The notes beneath the pieces are model-generated. The model was not told the origin of the DNA, did not search any database, and worked only from the letters and a program-made list of their open reading frames with translations. Made by a program: the position numbers and the translations under genes. Shown here piece after piece: positions 1-9,739 of a DNA stretch of 64,000 bases; the stretch's first letter is position 1; each line of letters begins with the position of its first letter. The DNA is from an uncultured cyanobacterium (GTDB lineage: Bacteria; Cyanobacteriota; Cyanobacteriia; Phormidesmidales; Phormidesmidaceae): positions 1,088,001-1,152,000 of the forward strand of contig CAWBZI010000001.1 of the NCBI GenBank assembly GCA_963793265.1. The letters run 5' to 3'.

Positions 1-2
1 TG

Positions 3-572
3 CTTACCGCTCTGGGGTATGAAGTAGCAGGGCAAATGAGCAGCAGCCACCTTGAGAGCAATCATCAGCAGAAGCAGGCTTTGGTGGCACAAGGACTGCG
101 CGGCTGGAGAGAATGGGGAGCGCGATCGCCTTTAGGTGTCATCGCTGCAGTAGGCGATCCAATGCAGGCGGTCGCTGCTGGTATCACACTATCGGCCAGT
201 CAAAAAGTGGGCGTTCTCCTCGCAGGCGGCTCTCAGATGCTAGCGGTGTATGCACTTACCCGCGCCCTTTCAACGCAAGCGAACTCACCTCAAACACAAA
301 AAGAACGGATAGTCGTAGGGACTACCCGCTGGGTTATAGACGATAAAACGGCTGATACGGTTGCGATCGCCGAGGCCATCGGTGCGCCTTATCTAGCCAG
401 CGAAATAAACTTCACTCAGTCGCCCTACCCTCAGTTGCGAGCTTATGAGCGAGGCTTTGTTAAAGAAGGCGTAGGTGCAGGGGGATGTGCGATCGCGTCT
501 CATCTGTATAAAGGATGGAACCAGTCGCAGCTCAGACACGCCGTAGAAGCTGAACTCAAAAGAAGCTATTAG
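3..572 (+). CDS. cobT: Nicotinate-mononucleotide phosphoribosyltransferase CobT (TIGR00303-like), 5' truncated by window edge
   Basis: Frame open from window start; motifs LLAGGSQMLAV, VGTTRWV and YERGFVKEGVGAGG. Confidence 0.8.
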   Translation, partial: LTALGYEVAGQMSSSHLESNHQQKQALVAQGLRGWREWGARSPLGVIAAVGDPMQAVAAGITLSASQKVGVLLAGGSQMLAVYALTRALSTQANSPQTQKERIVVGTTRWVIDDKTADTVAIAEAIGAPYLASEINFTQSPYPQLRAYERGFVKEGVGAGGCAIASHLYKGWNQSQLRHAVEAELKRSY

Positions 573-586
573 ATGCTGAAACCGGC

Positions 587-988
587 CTACTGAAAGCGGC
601 AGGCTAAAATCTGCTCTTCTAAAGCTGCCATCCGATTGTACGCAGCCGTCAACTGCGCGGTCAGTCGCTGAATTTGTACTTCAGGCGATAGCGTGTGAGA
701 CGCGCTAGATTTATCGTTCTCTAGCTGAGGCTCATCGCTCAGAACATCTTTGTGAGTCATAGACGGATCGACGGGACGACGAATCGCCACTGGCGACAAG
801 TTCGCACTTCTAAAATCAGAAATTAGGCTGTTATCAGACGTGTTTTGTGAAATAGCGATGTCGCTTACCTTCTCAGTCAACTGCTCTAGCAAGCTACGGA
901 GCGTGTCAACCTTGTCATTCAACTCAAGCACTTGCTTTTGGACAACATCAATAGCCATAGGCTTTGTTAAGTTATTAATTTTTTCCAA
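587..988 (-). CDS. Hypothetical coiled-coil protein
   Basis: 133 aa ORF; C-terminal LSPEVQIQRLTAQLTAAYNRMAALEEQIL resembles a conserved cyanobacterial hypothetical family. Confidence 0.65.
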   Translation of the reverse strand: MEKINNLTKPMAIDVVQKQVLELNDKVDTLRSLLEQLTEKVSDIAISQNTSDNSLISDFRSANLSPVAIRRPVDPSMTHKDVLSDEPQLENDKSSASHTLSPEVQIQRLTAQLTAAYNRMAALEEQILACRFQ

Positions 989-1263
989 TCCTAAGGGATA
1001 AATTCTGCCTTTGATAGTTGAGCCACCTAATCATTTAACGTTTGGCTACAAATGTTTGCAAAGCTTTGAGTGCCGCTCACAGCTTCTAGCGATCGCCCCC
1101 AGAACACCTCGAGAACAGCTAATAGAGCAGCTAGAGCGGTGCCCCGCTGAGACAGCCCGTCAAATCACATAGCCAACTATCTAAGCCCCCGTTCACACAA
1201 TATTCAGTCAAACCACTTACTCATAGGCCATCGGGCCGTAAGCACCCTGCACACGTTTTAAAG

Positions 1264-1278
1264 TTGACAGGTAGTCAA
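1264..1278 (+). promoter_or_regulatory. Putative PetR (copper switch) box upstream of petE
   Basis: Palindrome TTGAC-AGGTA-GTCAA containing GAC-N5-GTC about 150 bp upstream of petE. Confidence 0.55.
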
Positions 1279-1429
1279 ATCCGAACCTCGCTTACGCCCA
1301 AAACCTTCACAGAGCGATCTATAATTTTTATTGAAGTGCAAGAAACTACACACTTTTAGCCGCAAACTTCTTAGCCATCAAGAGTTAGCCGCCAAGAGGA
1401 ATCAACTTAAGAGGAATTAAATAGGATTT

Positions 1430-1834
1430 ATGAAACTCATCGCTAAAGCTTTTCGCAAACTCGGCACCGCTTTCATGGTCGCCGCTCTCGTTATTAGCAG
1501 CTGTGCTATGTTAGCCTCGCCTGCGCTGGCTGCTGATCATACTGTCAAGATGGGCTCTGACGGTGGTTTGCTCGTTTTTGAACCTGCGACTATCACGATT
1601 TCACAAGGCGATACCGTCACTTGGGAAAACAACAAGATGGCCCCTCACAACGTTGTTTTTGATGCCAACAGCGTCCCCGGTGGCAAAGCCGTTGCTGATG
1701 AGCTAACGCATTCTCAGCTCACGTTCTCCCCTGGTGAGTCTTACGACAGCACGTTCACTGAGCCCGGCGAGTACACTTACTTCTGTGCGCCTCACCGCGG
1801 TGCTGGCATGGTCGGTAAAGTCATCGTTCAGTAA
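1430..1834 (+). CDS. petE: Plastocyanin precursor
   Basis: Signal peptide (..SPALA), [20 protein letters not shown], copper ligands [11 protein letters not shown]. Confidence 0.97.
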   Translation: MKLIAKAFRKLGTAFMVAALVISSCAMLASPALAADHTVKMGSDGGLLVFEPATITISQGDTVTWENNKMAPHNVVFDANSVPGGKAVADELTHSQLTFSPGESYDSTFTEPGEYTYFCAPHRGAGMVGKVIVQ

Positions 1835-1909
1835 TTCATTCGTTGCAGCCCTTCTAAGCCCATCTATTTCGGTTGGGTTTATGACTGGGTTTATGTGAGT
1901 GCTATTTAT

Positions 1910-1948
1910 CAAAGGCGCAGTAGATCATTGATATCTACTGCGCCTTTG
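1910..1948 (+). terminator. Stem-loop downstream of petE
   Basis: 16-bp inverted repeat CAAAGGCGCAGTAGAT / ATCTACTGCGCCTTTG with 7-nt loop. Confidence 0.7.
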
Positions 1949-2322
1949 TCGCGTCTAGTCATATCTACTACGCCTTCGGCTGACAGCAGTGTTCAAAGCG
2001 GGTGTTATACTTTGCGCGCATCCGTTTTTCAGATACGGAAGAAGATTGCCAATTCGTGTGATAGTCTTTAGCTGAGAAGCGTCTATTGGCGGTCGTTTGG
2101 GGTGGTAGAAGGCAGCGCATCAGGTCAGAGATTGCTGACTTAACGATGTGTATTTGAAACTCGTGATCAACACTCGGTATACCTCAAAAACAGACCTAAA
2201 CAAGTCAGCTTTTGGGAGCCTGAAACGGTAGAAGCTGATGATCTCAACTGTATACAACACAACATTTAGCCTACCTGTGCCAAACGCAAACAGCCCGTGG
2301 TTGATATTCGGATGAATGGCCT

Positions 2323-3021
2323 ATGAGCGATACAACCGCATATTTAGCAGGCTGTGCAACGACAGGGGTTGCCGCTCTAGTGCTATTGGTAGCGCGAGTT
2401 GGCATGGTGTCTGCTAGCCCAGATGGCTCGCGTAATAGCCAGGTTAACGACCGACTCGCCCGCATGGAGGCCACAGCCACCAGTGGCGATCGCCAAAGCA
2501 CCCAGAGACTAGAGTCTGAGATTCGCCTCGAACTAGACAAGCAGCAAGAAATTACTGAGAAGTTAGAAGCGCAGCTCGCGCAGCAGGAAACCCTCTCTAG
2601 CAGTTTAGAGAAGCAGCTAGCAGAACAAGAAGAAAAAACGCAGGATTTGCTCTCCACAATGCAGGACTATCAGCGGTCTGTGCAGGATATGGAAATTGAC
2701 GGCAAGATTGCTGCTGCCGCCAGCCGCCCCGAGACTAATTCGGTCACGCAGGCTACACCGACGACGCTAATTTTGCTCGGTGCGGGCGTCGTGGTTGTAC
2801 TGGTGCTAGGCGGGGGGGGGCTCATTCTTTGCGCAGTGCTGTTAGTGCTACAGTCCCAAAGGCGCTCCGCTAGGTCTGCGCCGATGCCGCCGCCGATGCC
2901 AATGCCGCCCGCATCTTCGTACCGCTACTACGACCAGACGTTTCTTCCCCCGCCTCAGCTTCGGCCCCGCCAGTCGTCCTATTACGACTATCCGCCACCG
3001 CCGTACGACTACACGCCGTAA
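2323..3021 (+). CDS. Membrane coiled-coil protein with PatN-like architecture
   Basis: Hydrophobic N-terminus, Q/E-rich coiled coil, Gly-rich TM helix, Pro-rich tail with FLPP. Confidence 0.6.
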   Translation: MSDTTAYLAGCATTGVAALVLLVARVGMVSASPDGSRNSQVNDRLARMEATATSGDRQSTQRLESEIRLELDKQQEITEKLEAQLAQQETLSSSLEKQLAEQEEKTQDLLSTMQDYQRSVQDMEIDGKIAAAASRPETNSVTQATPTTLILLGAGVVVVLVLGGGGLILCAVLLVLQSQRRSARSAPMPPPMPMPPASSYRYYDQTFLPPPQLRPRQSSYYDYPPPPYDYTP

Positions 3022-3256
3022 AAGCACCTCTCAGCCATCCGAACACGGCAGAATATAAAATCCCTAAATATTAAGTGCAGTTGGTCGCTCCTTGATTCAA
3101 GTGTATTTATTAGGTAAGGATAGCGGTTACAGATTCAACGTATTGGGTACGATTGATATTATCGAATTGTTATAAAACTGATTTGGCCGAAGCGCGCGGG
3201 CATTTGCTTGCCGCTAATTATCGGGCCGAACACCTATACCAGAGACATTTAAAGCG

Positions 3257-3296
3257 ATCGCCCGCAGCATTCGATCAAAAGAAAGCTGCGGGCGAT
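3257..3296 (-). terminator. Hairpin downstream of tRNA-Cys
   Basis: ATCGCCCGCAGC / GCTGCGGGCGAT 12-bp inverted repeat. Confidence 0.5.
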
Positions 3297-3338
3297 TGTA
3301 TTGGAACTAAAGTCTAAAAAGAAATAGTCGCCTTTAAA

Positions 3339-3409
3339 AGGCGGCACCCAGATTCGAACTGGGGATAAAGGATTTGCAATCCTCTGCCTTACCACTTGGC
3401 CATGCCGCC
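3339..3409 (-). tRNA. trnC: tRNA-Cys (GCA)
   Basis: Reverse complement GGCGGCATGGCCAAGTGGTAAGGCAGAGGATTGCAAATCCTTTATCCCCAGTTCGAATCTGGGTGCCGCCT; cloverleaf, GCA anticodon, TTCGA loop, no encoded CCA. Confidence 0.97.
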
Positions 3410-3473
3410 GCTGAAGAACCAATATATCAAACTTTCGAGACTTATTAAGGAAAGCCTACATAAGACAGCCCAT

Positions 3474-4358
3474 TCATCCTAGTATTTCGTCAATAGCCCG
3501 ATTGGCCTGACTCGCGTAGCTGCCGCCGAAGAGATTGAAGTGATTGAGAATGTGATACAGGTTATAAAACACCTTACGCCGCTCGTACCCAGCATCAATC
3601 GGGCTCACGGCGTCGTACGCCTGGTAGAACGACTGAGGAAACCGGCCAAATAGCTCAGTCATCGCAAGATCAGCTTCTCTATCGCCGTAGTAGGTAGCCG
3701 GATCAAAGATAATCGGTTCACCTGAGCGCGTAACTGCAGCATTACCAGACCATAGATCACCGTGAAGCAAGGCCGGTTGTGGATCATGCCCTTTGAGCAG
3801 ACGAGGGATTGCGCCCATTAGCTCATCGCGACGGGGAAAGTGCTGGCCTTTGGCGTGTGCCAGTGAAAACTGGGGGCCGAGGCGGCGATCGCGCCAAAAC
3901 TCCGCCCAGCTATCACCCCACGCATTCTGCTGCGCCGTTGACCCAATCGTATTGTCACGATGCCAGCCAAAGCCTTTATTACTCGTCGTATCGTGCATAG
4001 CCGCTAGCTGCTCACCCATCCGCCGCCAAGACGCATCAGAGCCAGACCCCAAGTCTAAATGCTCCATCACCACGTAGGCTACATTGCCCACCACGCCGCT
4101 ACCAATCGGCTGAGGAACTCGAATGGTGCGACTTTCGTACATCTCTTTGAGGCCGTCACACTCCGCCTCAAACATGGCGATTTCGCTAGCCTGATTGAGC
4201 TTTACAAAGAAAGCGCGCTGCCCGTCGCTAACAGTTACAGCCTGGTTGATACAGCCACCACCAACAGCGTGCTGGGTTTTGATATGAAAAGGTTGCTGAG
4301 TGACTTCGCTGATATGTTCGGCGATGCTATGGGCCGTAGTTTCTGAAATAGACATCAA
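3474..4358 (-). CDS. Fructosamine kinase family protein
   Basis: VGGGCIN, FVKLN, LLHGDLWSGN, FDPATYYGDREADLAM. Confidence 0.92.
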   Translation of the reverse strand: MMSISETTAHSIAEHISEVTQQPFHIKTQHAVGGGCINQAVTVSDGQRAFFVKLNQASEIAMFEAECDGLKEMYESRTIRVPQPIGSGVVGNVAYVVMEHLDLGSGSDASWRRMGEQLAAMHDTTSNKGFGWHRDNTIGSTAQQNAWGDSWAEFWRDRRLGPQFSLAHAKGQHFPRRDELMGAIPRLLKGHDPQPALLHGDLWSGNAAVTRSGEPIIFDPATYYGDREADLAMTELFGRFPQSFYQAYDAVSPIDAGYERRKVFYNLYHILNHFNLFGGSYASQANRAIDEILG

Positions 4359-4374
4359 TCGTAGGCGCTAAATG

Positions 4375-5700
4375 TTAGGAGGCTGGCTTGAGGATAACAG
4401 CCCCGTAAGCATCTAAGGATAAATAGCGCTGCGCTGCCGAGCGAATATCTTCAGCGCTCACGCGGCGAATCCAATCGGGATAGTCTAGGGCATGGCGAAT
4501 GTCGCCTGTCATGGCTTGATAGTAGCCGTAGAGGCTGGCGCGATCACTCGGTGTTTCACTGCCAAAAACATAGCGATTTGCCACCTGAGTTTGCACCCGT
4601 TGTAGCTCAGCAGTCGTCACCAGCTCCTGATGAAGCCGCCGGATATGCTCTAATATAGCCGCCTCTACCGCAGCCAAATGAGTCACGGCAGCATTCGCTG
4701 AAATATAGAAAATACCTTGAGCGCCGAAGGTCATATTGCTTACTGAAATGCTATTGACCAGGTGCCGCTGCTCGCGCAAATCAGCCGTTAGCCGGGCCGT
4801 AAAGCCACCGCTCAAAATAGAAGCGACTACGCTGAGCGGATACGTTTTTTCTAAATCGTGCATACCCGGCACGCGCCAGGCCATCACCAGCCGGGCCTGC
4901 TGCAACGCCTTATCGACATATTCAGTGCGCTCAATTGTTTTGAAGCGCGGTTCAGATTGAAGATCGGGTTGAACAGAAGGCATTTGTAAGGAATCCTGCC
5001 GATTCGCCTGCCGTGCTGAGGACGCTGCAAAGCCTTCTTCGACGATCCTAATGAGATCGTCTACCGGCAAATTGCCTACGGCTACTGCCGTCATATTCGA
5101 AGGCTGATACCACCTCTGATGAAACGAGCGCATTTGCTGAGCGGTTAGGGTCGCGATCACCTCCACCGATCCCAGCACAGGTCTACGATAGGGCAGCGCC
5201 TGAAAACTCATCTCCATAGAACGATAGAACGTGCGCCGCTGCGGGCTATCTTGAGCCCGACGAATTTCTTCTAGAATGACGGGCCGCTCTCGCTCAAAAT
5301 GGTCGTCTTGCAGCGCTGGATTCATCACCAGCTCTATCTGCAAAGGCGCTAGCGTTTCAAAATCTTTAGGCGCAGTCGTAATGTAGTAGTGAGTATAGTC
5401 CTGACTTGTCGCGGCGTTCATCACGGCCCCTCGCGATTCGACCAGTCGCTCAAACTCACCACAGGCGATTTCAGAAGTGCCCTTAAACATCATGTGCTCT
5501 AAAAAGTGAGCCATGCCGTTGATAGAATCGGGCTCTACGCGAGAACCCATATTTAGCCACAGGCTAAGATTGACTGCCGCTACAGGCATTTGCTCCGCAA
5601 TAATCGTGAGCCCATTCGCCAAACGGCGTACCGTTGGCGCTGTAATACTGGGCGATAAAAAGTTAGGACGAGCCTCAGGAAAGGCTGTAGGAGTTGCCAT
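4375..5700 (-). CDS. M16 (pitrilysin-type) zinc peptidase
   Basis: GMAHFLEHMMFKGT (HxxEH), NAATSQDYTHY. Confidence 0.93.
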   Translation of the reverse strand: MATPTAFPEARPNFLSPSITAPTVRRLANGLTIIAEQMPVAAVNLSLWLNMGSRVEPDSINGMAHFLEHMMFKGTSEIACGEFERLVESRGAVMNAATSQDYTHYYITTAPKDFETLAPLQIELVMNPALQDDHFERERPVILEEIRRAQDSPQRRTFYRSMEMSFQALPYRRPVLGSVEVIATLTAQQMRSFHQRWYQPSNMTAVAVGNLPVDDLIRIVEEGFAASSARQANRQDSLQMPSVQPDLQSEPRFKTIERTEYVDKALQQARLVMAWRVPGMHDLEKTYPLSVVASILSGGFTARLTADLREQRHLVNSISVSNMTFGAQGIFYISANAAVTHLAAVEAAILEHIRRLHQELVTTAELQRVQTQVANRYVFGSETPSDRASLYGYYQAMTGDIRHALDYPDWIRRVSAEDIRSAAQRYLSLDAYGAVILKPAS

Positions 5701-5784
5701 AGACGCTTGGAATTTCGTTGCTTGTATTCAATTGTATCGTTAGGGTCATGTTACAAACTGCATAGCAAGCTACCGCGAAAGGGT

Positions 5785-7139
5785 TTGACACTCCCACGGC
5801 TAAAGCGCATGGGATTCTTCTTTCTACGAGGCGACTTGCTCAGCTTTGCCGAAGCAGGGCTGAGTAGCGGTCATCTCTCCAGAAGCGTTCACTCTGACAG
5901 GCAGAGTCGTTCCCACATGCCCTGTGGTACGTATCCCAGCGCTCAATATATTCAGCGCTGCATTCTCATCTCTATCTAGCCGACTCCCACAGGCGCAAGC
6001 ATGAGTTCTTGTCGATAGCGACTTCTTTACGATTGCGCCACAGCTAGAACACGCTTGAGAGGTATAGGCAGGATTCACCGCAACAGTGATGCGCCCAAAC
6101 ACCTTCCCATATCGCTCTAGCCACGTTCTGAACTGATACCAACTGGCATCAGCAATCGATTTTGCCAGGCAATGGTTCTTCACCATATTCCTGATGCTCA
6201 AGTCCTCGTAGGCGATGAGGTCGTTAGCTCTCACTACGCACCGCGCCAACTGTACGGCGTGGTCTTTACGCTGCCTACTCACTTTCAAATCAAACCGAGC
6301 GAGCTTGTTGATAGCCTTCTTGCGGTTGTTACTCCCTTTCTTCGTTCTCGCTAGCCGACGCTGCAACGTGCGGCGCTTAGCTTGTGACTGGCGGTAGAAG
6401 CGCGGGTTCTTCTCCTTCTCACCATTGCTATCGGTATAGAACGATGCCAAGCCCACATCTAAGCCGATGGTCTTGCCCGTTGCCTCTAGCGGTTCAGAAC
6501 GGTCTATCTGTATGCAGAACTGACAGTAGTAGCCATCGGCACGGCGCACCAAACGCACCCGCTTGATTAGCTCAACCGGATAGTGCGCTAAGTCATGCGT
6601 ACCCACCAGCTTCAGAAGGCCGATGCCTTTCTTATCGCTGAAGGTGATCCGCTTCGTACCTATCAGCTTCCACCCTGACGTTTTGTACTCGACTGAGCGA
6701 GCAAACTTCTTGAACTTGGGATAGCCAACCGGCTTGATGCCTTGCTTGCAGTTCTCGTAGAACCGACTAATGGCAGACCAGGCACGTTCTGCACTGGCTT
6801 GACGCGCCATGCTATTGAGTTCACCGGCAAAGTCAAAGTCTTTCGCTAAGACTGCACATAGCTTATTGAGGTCATATTTACTGACCTTGGGGTTGTCCAT
6901 CCAGTGCCGCAGCGCTTTGTTCTGAACAAACTGAGCGGTGCGGATAGCTTCGTCTATGGCAGCCAATTGAACCGGCTTTGCTTTGACCTTGAACGCTTGG
7001 ATTAGCATGTTATTATTCTATCGCTCTTAGTATAACAAAGCTGTAAAGCCCTGTGAACACTGGCTGTTCGTTAGCACTCACCTGAGAGATGCAGTCCTAC
7101 ATCCCACGGCTAAAGCGCGTGGGTTTTGACACCTTCTCT
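5785..7139 (-). mobile_element. IS200/IS605-family (IS1341-type, tnpB-only) element
   Basis: Near-identical subterminal hairpins CCCACGGCTAAAGCGC(A/G)TGGG at about 5793 and 7103; minus-strand right end has GAAT before the hairpin and ends in TCAA; no tnpA; left boundary uncertain by a few bp. Confidence 0.85.
5824..7008 (-). CDS. tnpB: RNA-guided endonuclease TnpB
   Basis: RuvC-I IGLDVG, RuvC-II AYEDL, Zn ribbon CSSC..CACG, RuvC-III DRDENAALNI. Confidence 0.95.
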   Translation of the reverse strand: MLIQAFKVKAKPVQLAAIDEAIRTAQFVQNKALRHWMDNPKVSKYDLNKLCAVLAKDFDFAGELNSMARQASAERAWSAISRFYENCKQGIKPVGYPKFKKFARSVEYKTSGWKLIGTKRITFSDKKGIGLLKLVGTHDLAHYPVELIKRVRLVRRADGYYCQFCIQIDRSEPLEATGKTIGLDVGLASFYTDSNGEKEKNPRFYRQSQAKRRTLQRRLARTKKGSNNRKKAINKLARFDLKVSRQRKDHAVQLARCVVRANDLIAYEDLSIRNMVKNHCLAKSIADASWYQFRTWLERYGKVFGRITVAVNPAYTSQACSSCGAIVKKSLSTRTHACACGSRLDRDENAALNILSAGIRTTGHVGTTLPVRVNASGEMTATQPCFGKAEQVAS

Positions 7140-7195
7140 CAAACTCTCTACGGTTCTATAAAGGCTTGTCGTCAACTGATTAGGAAGATAGCGTC

Positions 7196-7915
7196 ATGGG
7201 GACATGGATTAAAGAAACAGCGACCGCGTTTTATTTAATGGAAGGGGGCCACTATATTTCAAAGATCACCAAGTATCCTTCTAAAAATAATCCTGCTGAG
7301 CAGGTCGTTAATATCGCAGGCATGAAAGCATGGTTCGAGCGGCCAGACGCGCCCAGAGGCATGACGGTTTCTCAAGGTGGGCCAGAGCCTGCGAAAAAGC
7401 CTCAACCGGCAACAGTTCCCGCTACGCCAAAATCAGGATCGTCTGAGGGTAGCTCAGGTGGGCCAAAGCGCACCAATCAAAATGGCCTGCTGCTGATCAA
7501 ATCTTTTGAAGGACTAAGGCTTAAAGCGTACCGGGATGCGGTGGGCATTTGGACGATTGGCTACGGTACGACCCGAGGCGTACAGCCCAATATGAGCATT
7601 TCAGAAGATGAGGCAGAACAGTTTTTGCAGCAGGACTTGAATCGGTTTGAGCAGGCGATTAATGGCGCGGTGAGCGTACCGATTAACGACAATCAGTTTT
7701 CAGCGCTGGTATCGTTTACTTACAACGTAGGCTCTGGGGCGCTGCGAAGCTCTACGCTATTGAAGCTGCTAAATCAGCGTGATGATTTGCGTCGTACTGC
7801 TGACGAGTTTCCAAGATGGAATAAAGCGGGGGGCCGAGAGCTAGCGGGCCTCACCCGACGACGCCACGCCGAAAGAGCACTCTTTTTGGGCGAAGACTTT
7901 CACAACTTCCTTTAG
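7196..7915 (+). CDS. GH24 (phage-type) lysozyme with unknown N-terminal domain and Pro-rich linker
   Basis: IKSFEGLRLKAYRDAVGIWTIGYG (E-x8-D-x5-T), ALVSFTYNVG, GLTRRRHAERALF. Confidence 0.9.
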   Translation: MGTWIKETATAFYLMEGGHYISKITKYPSKNNPAEQVVNIAGMKAWFERPDAPRGMTVSQGGPEPAKKPQPATVPATPKSGSSEGSSGGPKRTNQNGLLLIKSFEGLRLKAYRDAVGIWTIGYGTTRGVQPNMSISEDEAEQFLQQDLNRFEQAINGAVSVPINDNQFSALVSFTYNVGSGALRSSTLLKLLNQRDDLRRTADEFPRWNKAGGRELAGLTRRRHAERALFLGEDFHNFL

Positions 7916-7978
7916 AAACAGCTTTTTTATAAAAACAGCTTGGGAAACTAGCCTCTTTACTAGCAGCAGCCATCTTTC

Positions 7979-8869
7979 ATGTTCTCTCGCTCAAAAACGG
8001 TTCTTACGCCCTATCTGTTCCTAGCACCAGCGCTAATTGTGCTTGTGCTAGTGGTTTTTTGGCCTGCACTCCAGGCTTTTCGTCTCAGCTTTATGGAGTA
8101 TGGCTACGATGTCACGCAGCCGCCCACCTGGGTAGGGCTCGATAATTTTCAGCGGCTGCTAAAAGATAAAACGTTTTGGCAAACGCTAGAAAATACGGTG
8201 CTGTATTTGGTGTGTGTGGTGCCGATACTCGCGATCGCCCCACTTCTACTCGCGATTCTAGTCAATCAAAAGCTCAAAGGCATTCGCTGGTTTCGAGTCG
8301 CCTACTACACCCCGGTTGTCGTATCAATGGTCGTCGCAGGCATTGCCTGGAACTGGCTCTATGCAGAAAACGGCCTGCTGAACCTGACGCTCTCTAGTCT
8401 CACCAACGGAAACGTTCGTATTCCCTGGCTCACCAGCCCAAAGCTTGCGCTCTTCAGCGTTATGGCCGTCACCATCTGGAAAGGCTTGGGCTACTACATG
8501 GTGATCTATTTAGCAGGACTGCAAGGGCTTCCTGCCGATTTGTACGAGGCAGCGGCGATTGATGGCTCGGACGGGTGGCGTAAGCATTGGGACATTACGC
8601 TGCCGCTGATGAAGCCCTATATGTTTTTGGTGGCGGTGATTAGCGCGATCGCTGCCACCAAAGTCTTTGAAGAAGTCTTCATCATGACCAGCGGCGGCCC
8701 CCGCAACGCCTCCAAAACGGTGGTCTACTACGTCTACGAATCCGCCTTCAAAGACCTAGACATGAGCTACGCCTGCACTATTGGCCTCGTGCTATTTCTG
8801 ATTATTCTGGCGCTCTCTTTTATTCGCCTGGTCATTTCCAACCCCGCCGAATCAGGCACTCAGCTCTAA
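7979..8869 (+). CDS. Carbohydrate ABC transporter permease (LacF/UgpA-like)
   Basis: WVGLDNF, EAA loop LYEAAAIDG, several TM segments. Confidence 0.92.
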   Translation: MFSRSKTVLTPYLFLAPALIVLVLVVFWPALQAFRLSFMEYGYDVTQPPTWVGLDNFQRLLKDKTFWQTLENTVLYLVCVVPILAIAPLLLAILVNQKLKGIRWFRVAYYTPVVVSMVVAGIAWNWLYAENGLLNLTLSSLTNGNVRIPWLTSPKLALFSVMAVTIWKGLGYYMVIYLAGLQGLPADLYEAAAIDGSDGWRKHWDITLPLMKPYMFLVAVISAIAATKVFEEVFIMTSGGPRNASKTVVYYVYESAFKDLDMSYACTIGLVLFLIILALSFIRLVISNPAESGTQL

Positions 8870-8890
8870 ATTGTCTGGCTCGCCAGGAAC

Positions 8891-9187
8891 CTAGCCCATC
8901 ATTCGCAATAGCCCTTGCTGGCCCACCAAAATTTCTCGTAAAAAACTTACAAGACCCACCCAGATAACCGGGGAAATATCGACCCCACCAATCGGCGGCA
9001 CTAGCTTACGAACGGGAATTAAAAAAGGCTCTGTCGGCCAGGCCACAATCGCAAACGGAAACTTGTTCAGGTCAGCTTCGGGGTACCAGGTCAAAATAAT
9101 GCGGAACAGAAACAGCAGCGTGTAGATACTCAGTAGCGGGCCGAGAATCCAGGCGGCGATCGCAGCGTTAGACATAGCTTTAAACAA
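8891..9187 (-). CDS. ycf19: YggT/Ycf19 family membrane protein
   Basis: RIILTWYP, TEPFLIPVRKLVPPIGGVDISP. Confidence 0.88.
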   Translation of the reverse strand: MFKAMSNAAIAAWILGPLLSIYTLLFLFRIILTWYPEADLNKFPFAIVAWPTEPFLIPVRKLVPPIGGVDISPVIWVGLVSFLREILVGQQGLLRMMG

Positions 9188-9359
9188 CGGCGCTCTTTAA
9201 TGGAGCCCTTGCCAATAGGGTTTTCTTTCATAAGCTTAATACCTTCGGAATCTCTTTCCGGTGCTTCCAAGGGGGCAATTGTCCGATATTATGGAATGTA
9301 ACTAACCGTTAGTAGTCTTTGATTTCCTTTGGCCCTCGGCTTGAACCGAGAATATAGAT

Positions 9360-9479
9360 ATGACACCTTCTTTAACCAACTTTCTGCTCAGCCTGCTAGC
9401 TGGTCTACTAATTTTGGTCGTGCCCGCAACAATTGCGCTCATCTTCATCAGCCAAAAAGATCAGATCACTCGCAACTAA
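9360..9479 (+). CDS. psbX: Photosystem II protein PsbX (absent from ORF track)
   Basis: Manual translation MTPSLTNFLLSLLAGLLILVVPATIALIFISQKDQITRN*; sits between yggT and ycf66 as in other cyanobacteria. Confidence 0.93.
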   Translation: MTPSLTNFLLSLLAGLLILVVPATIALIFISQKDQITRN

Positions 9480-9739
9480 AGAAGGCTCATCTCACTAAAG
9501 AGCGGCCCGCATAAGAATATTTGATTGAATATCTGGGAGGGCTATCGTTGCCTTTCCAGATTTCGTCTTATTTAAGCAGATGCTCAACAATTGCGCGTTT
9601 GTCAAGGCTAAAATGTAACTAGCTTGCAGCTCTGTATATAGAATGGCGTACTCAACCATTGCGTCAACTCTGCTATTGTGCAGCTAGCTAATGTGATGTA
9701 AGTAGGCAGCAAGCTGCTGTCATTTGAGAGGACTCGGCT

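Noticed and set aside
3022..3409. tRNA-Cys as an integration site
   Set aside because: No integrase and no duplicated tRNA 3' end seen in the window
7196..7915. Prophage suggested by the phage-type lysozyme
   Set aside because: No holin, structural, terminase or integrase genes; flanks are an IS and housekeeping genes
9329..9514. 61-aa ORF from the track
   Set aside because: Overlaps psbX in another frame; psbX is the recognisable gene
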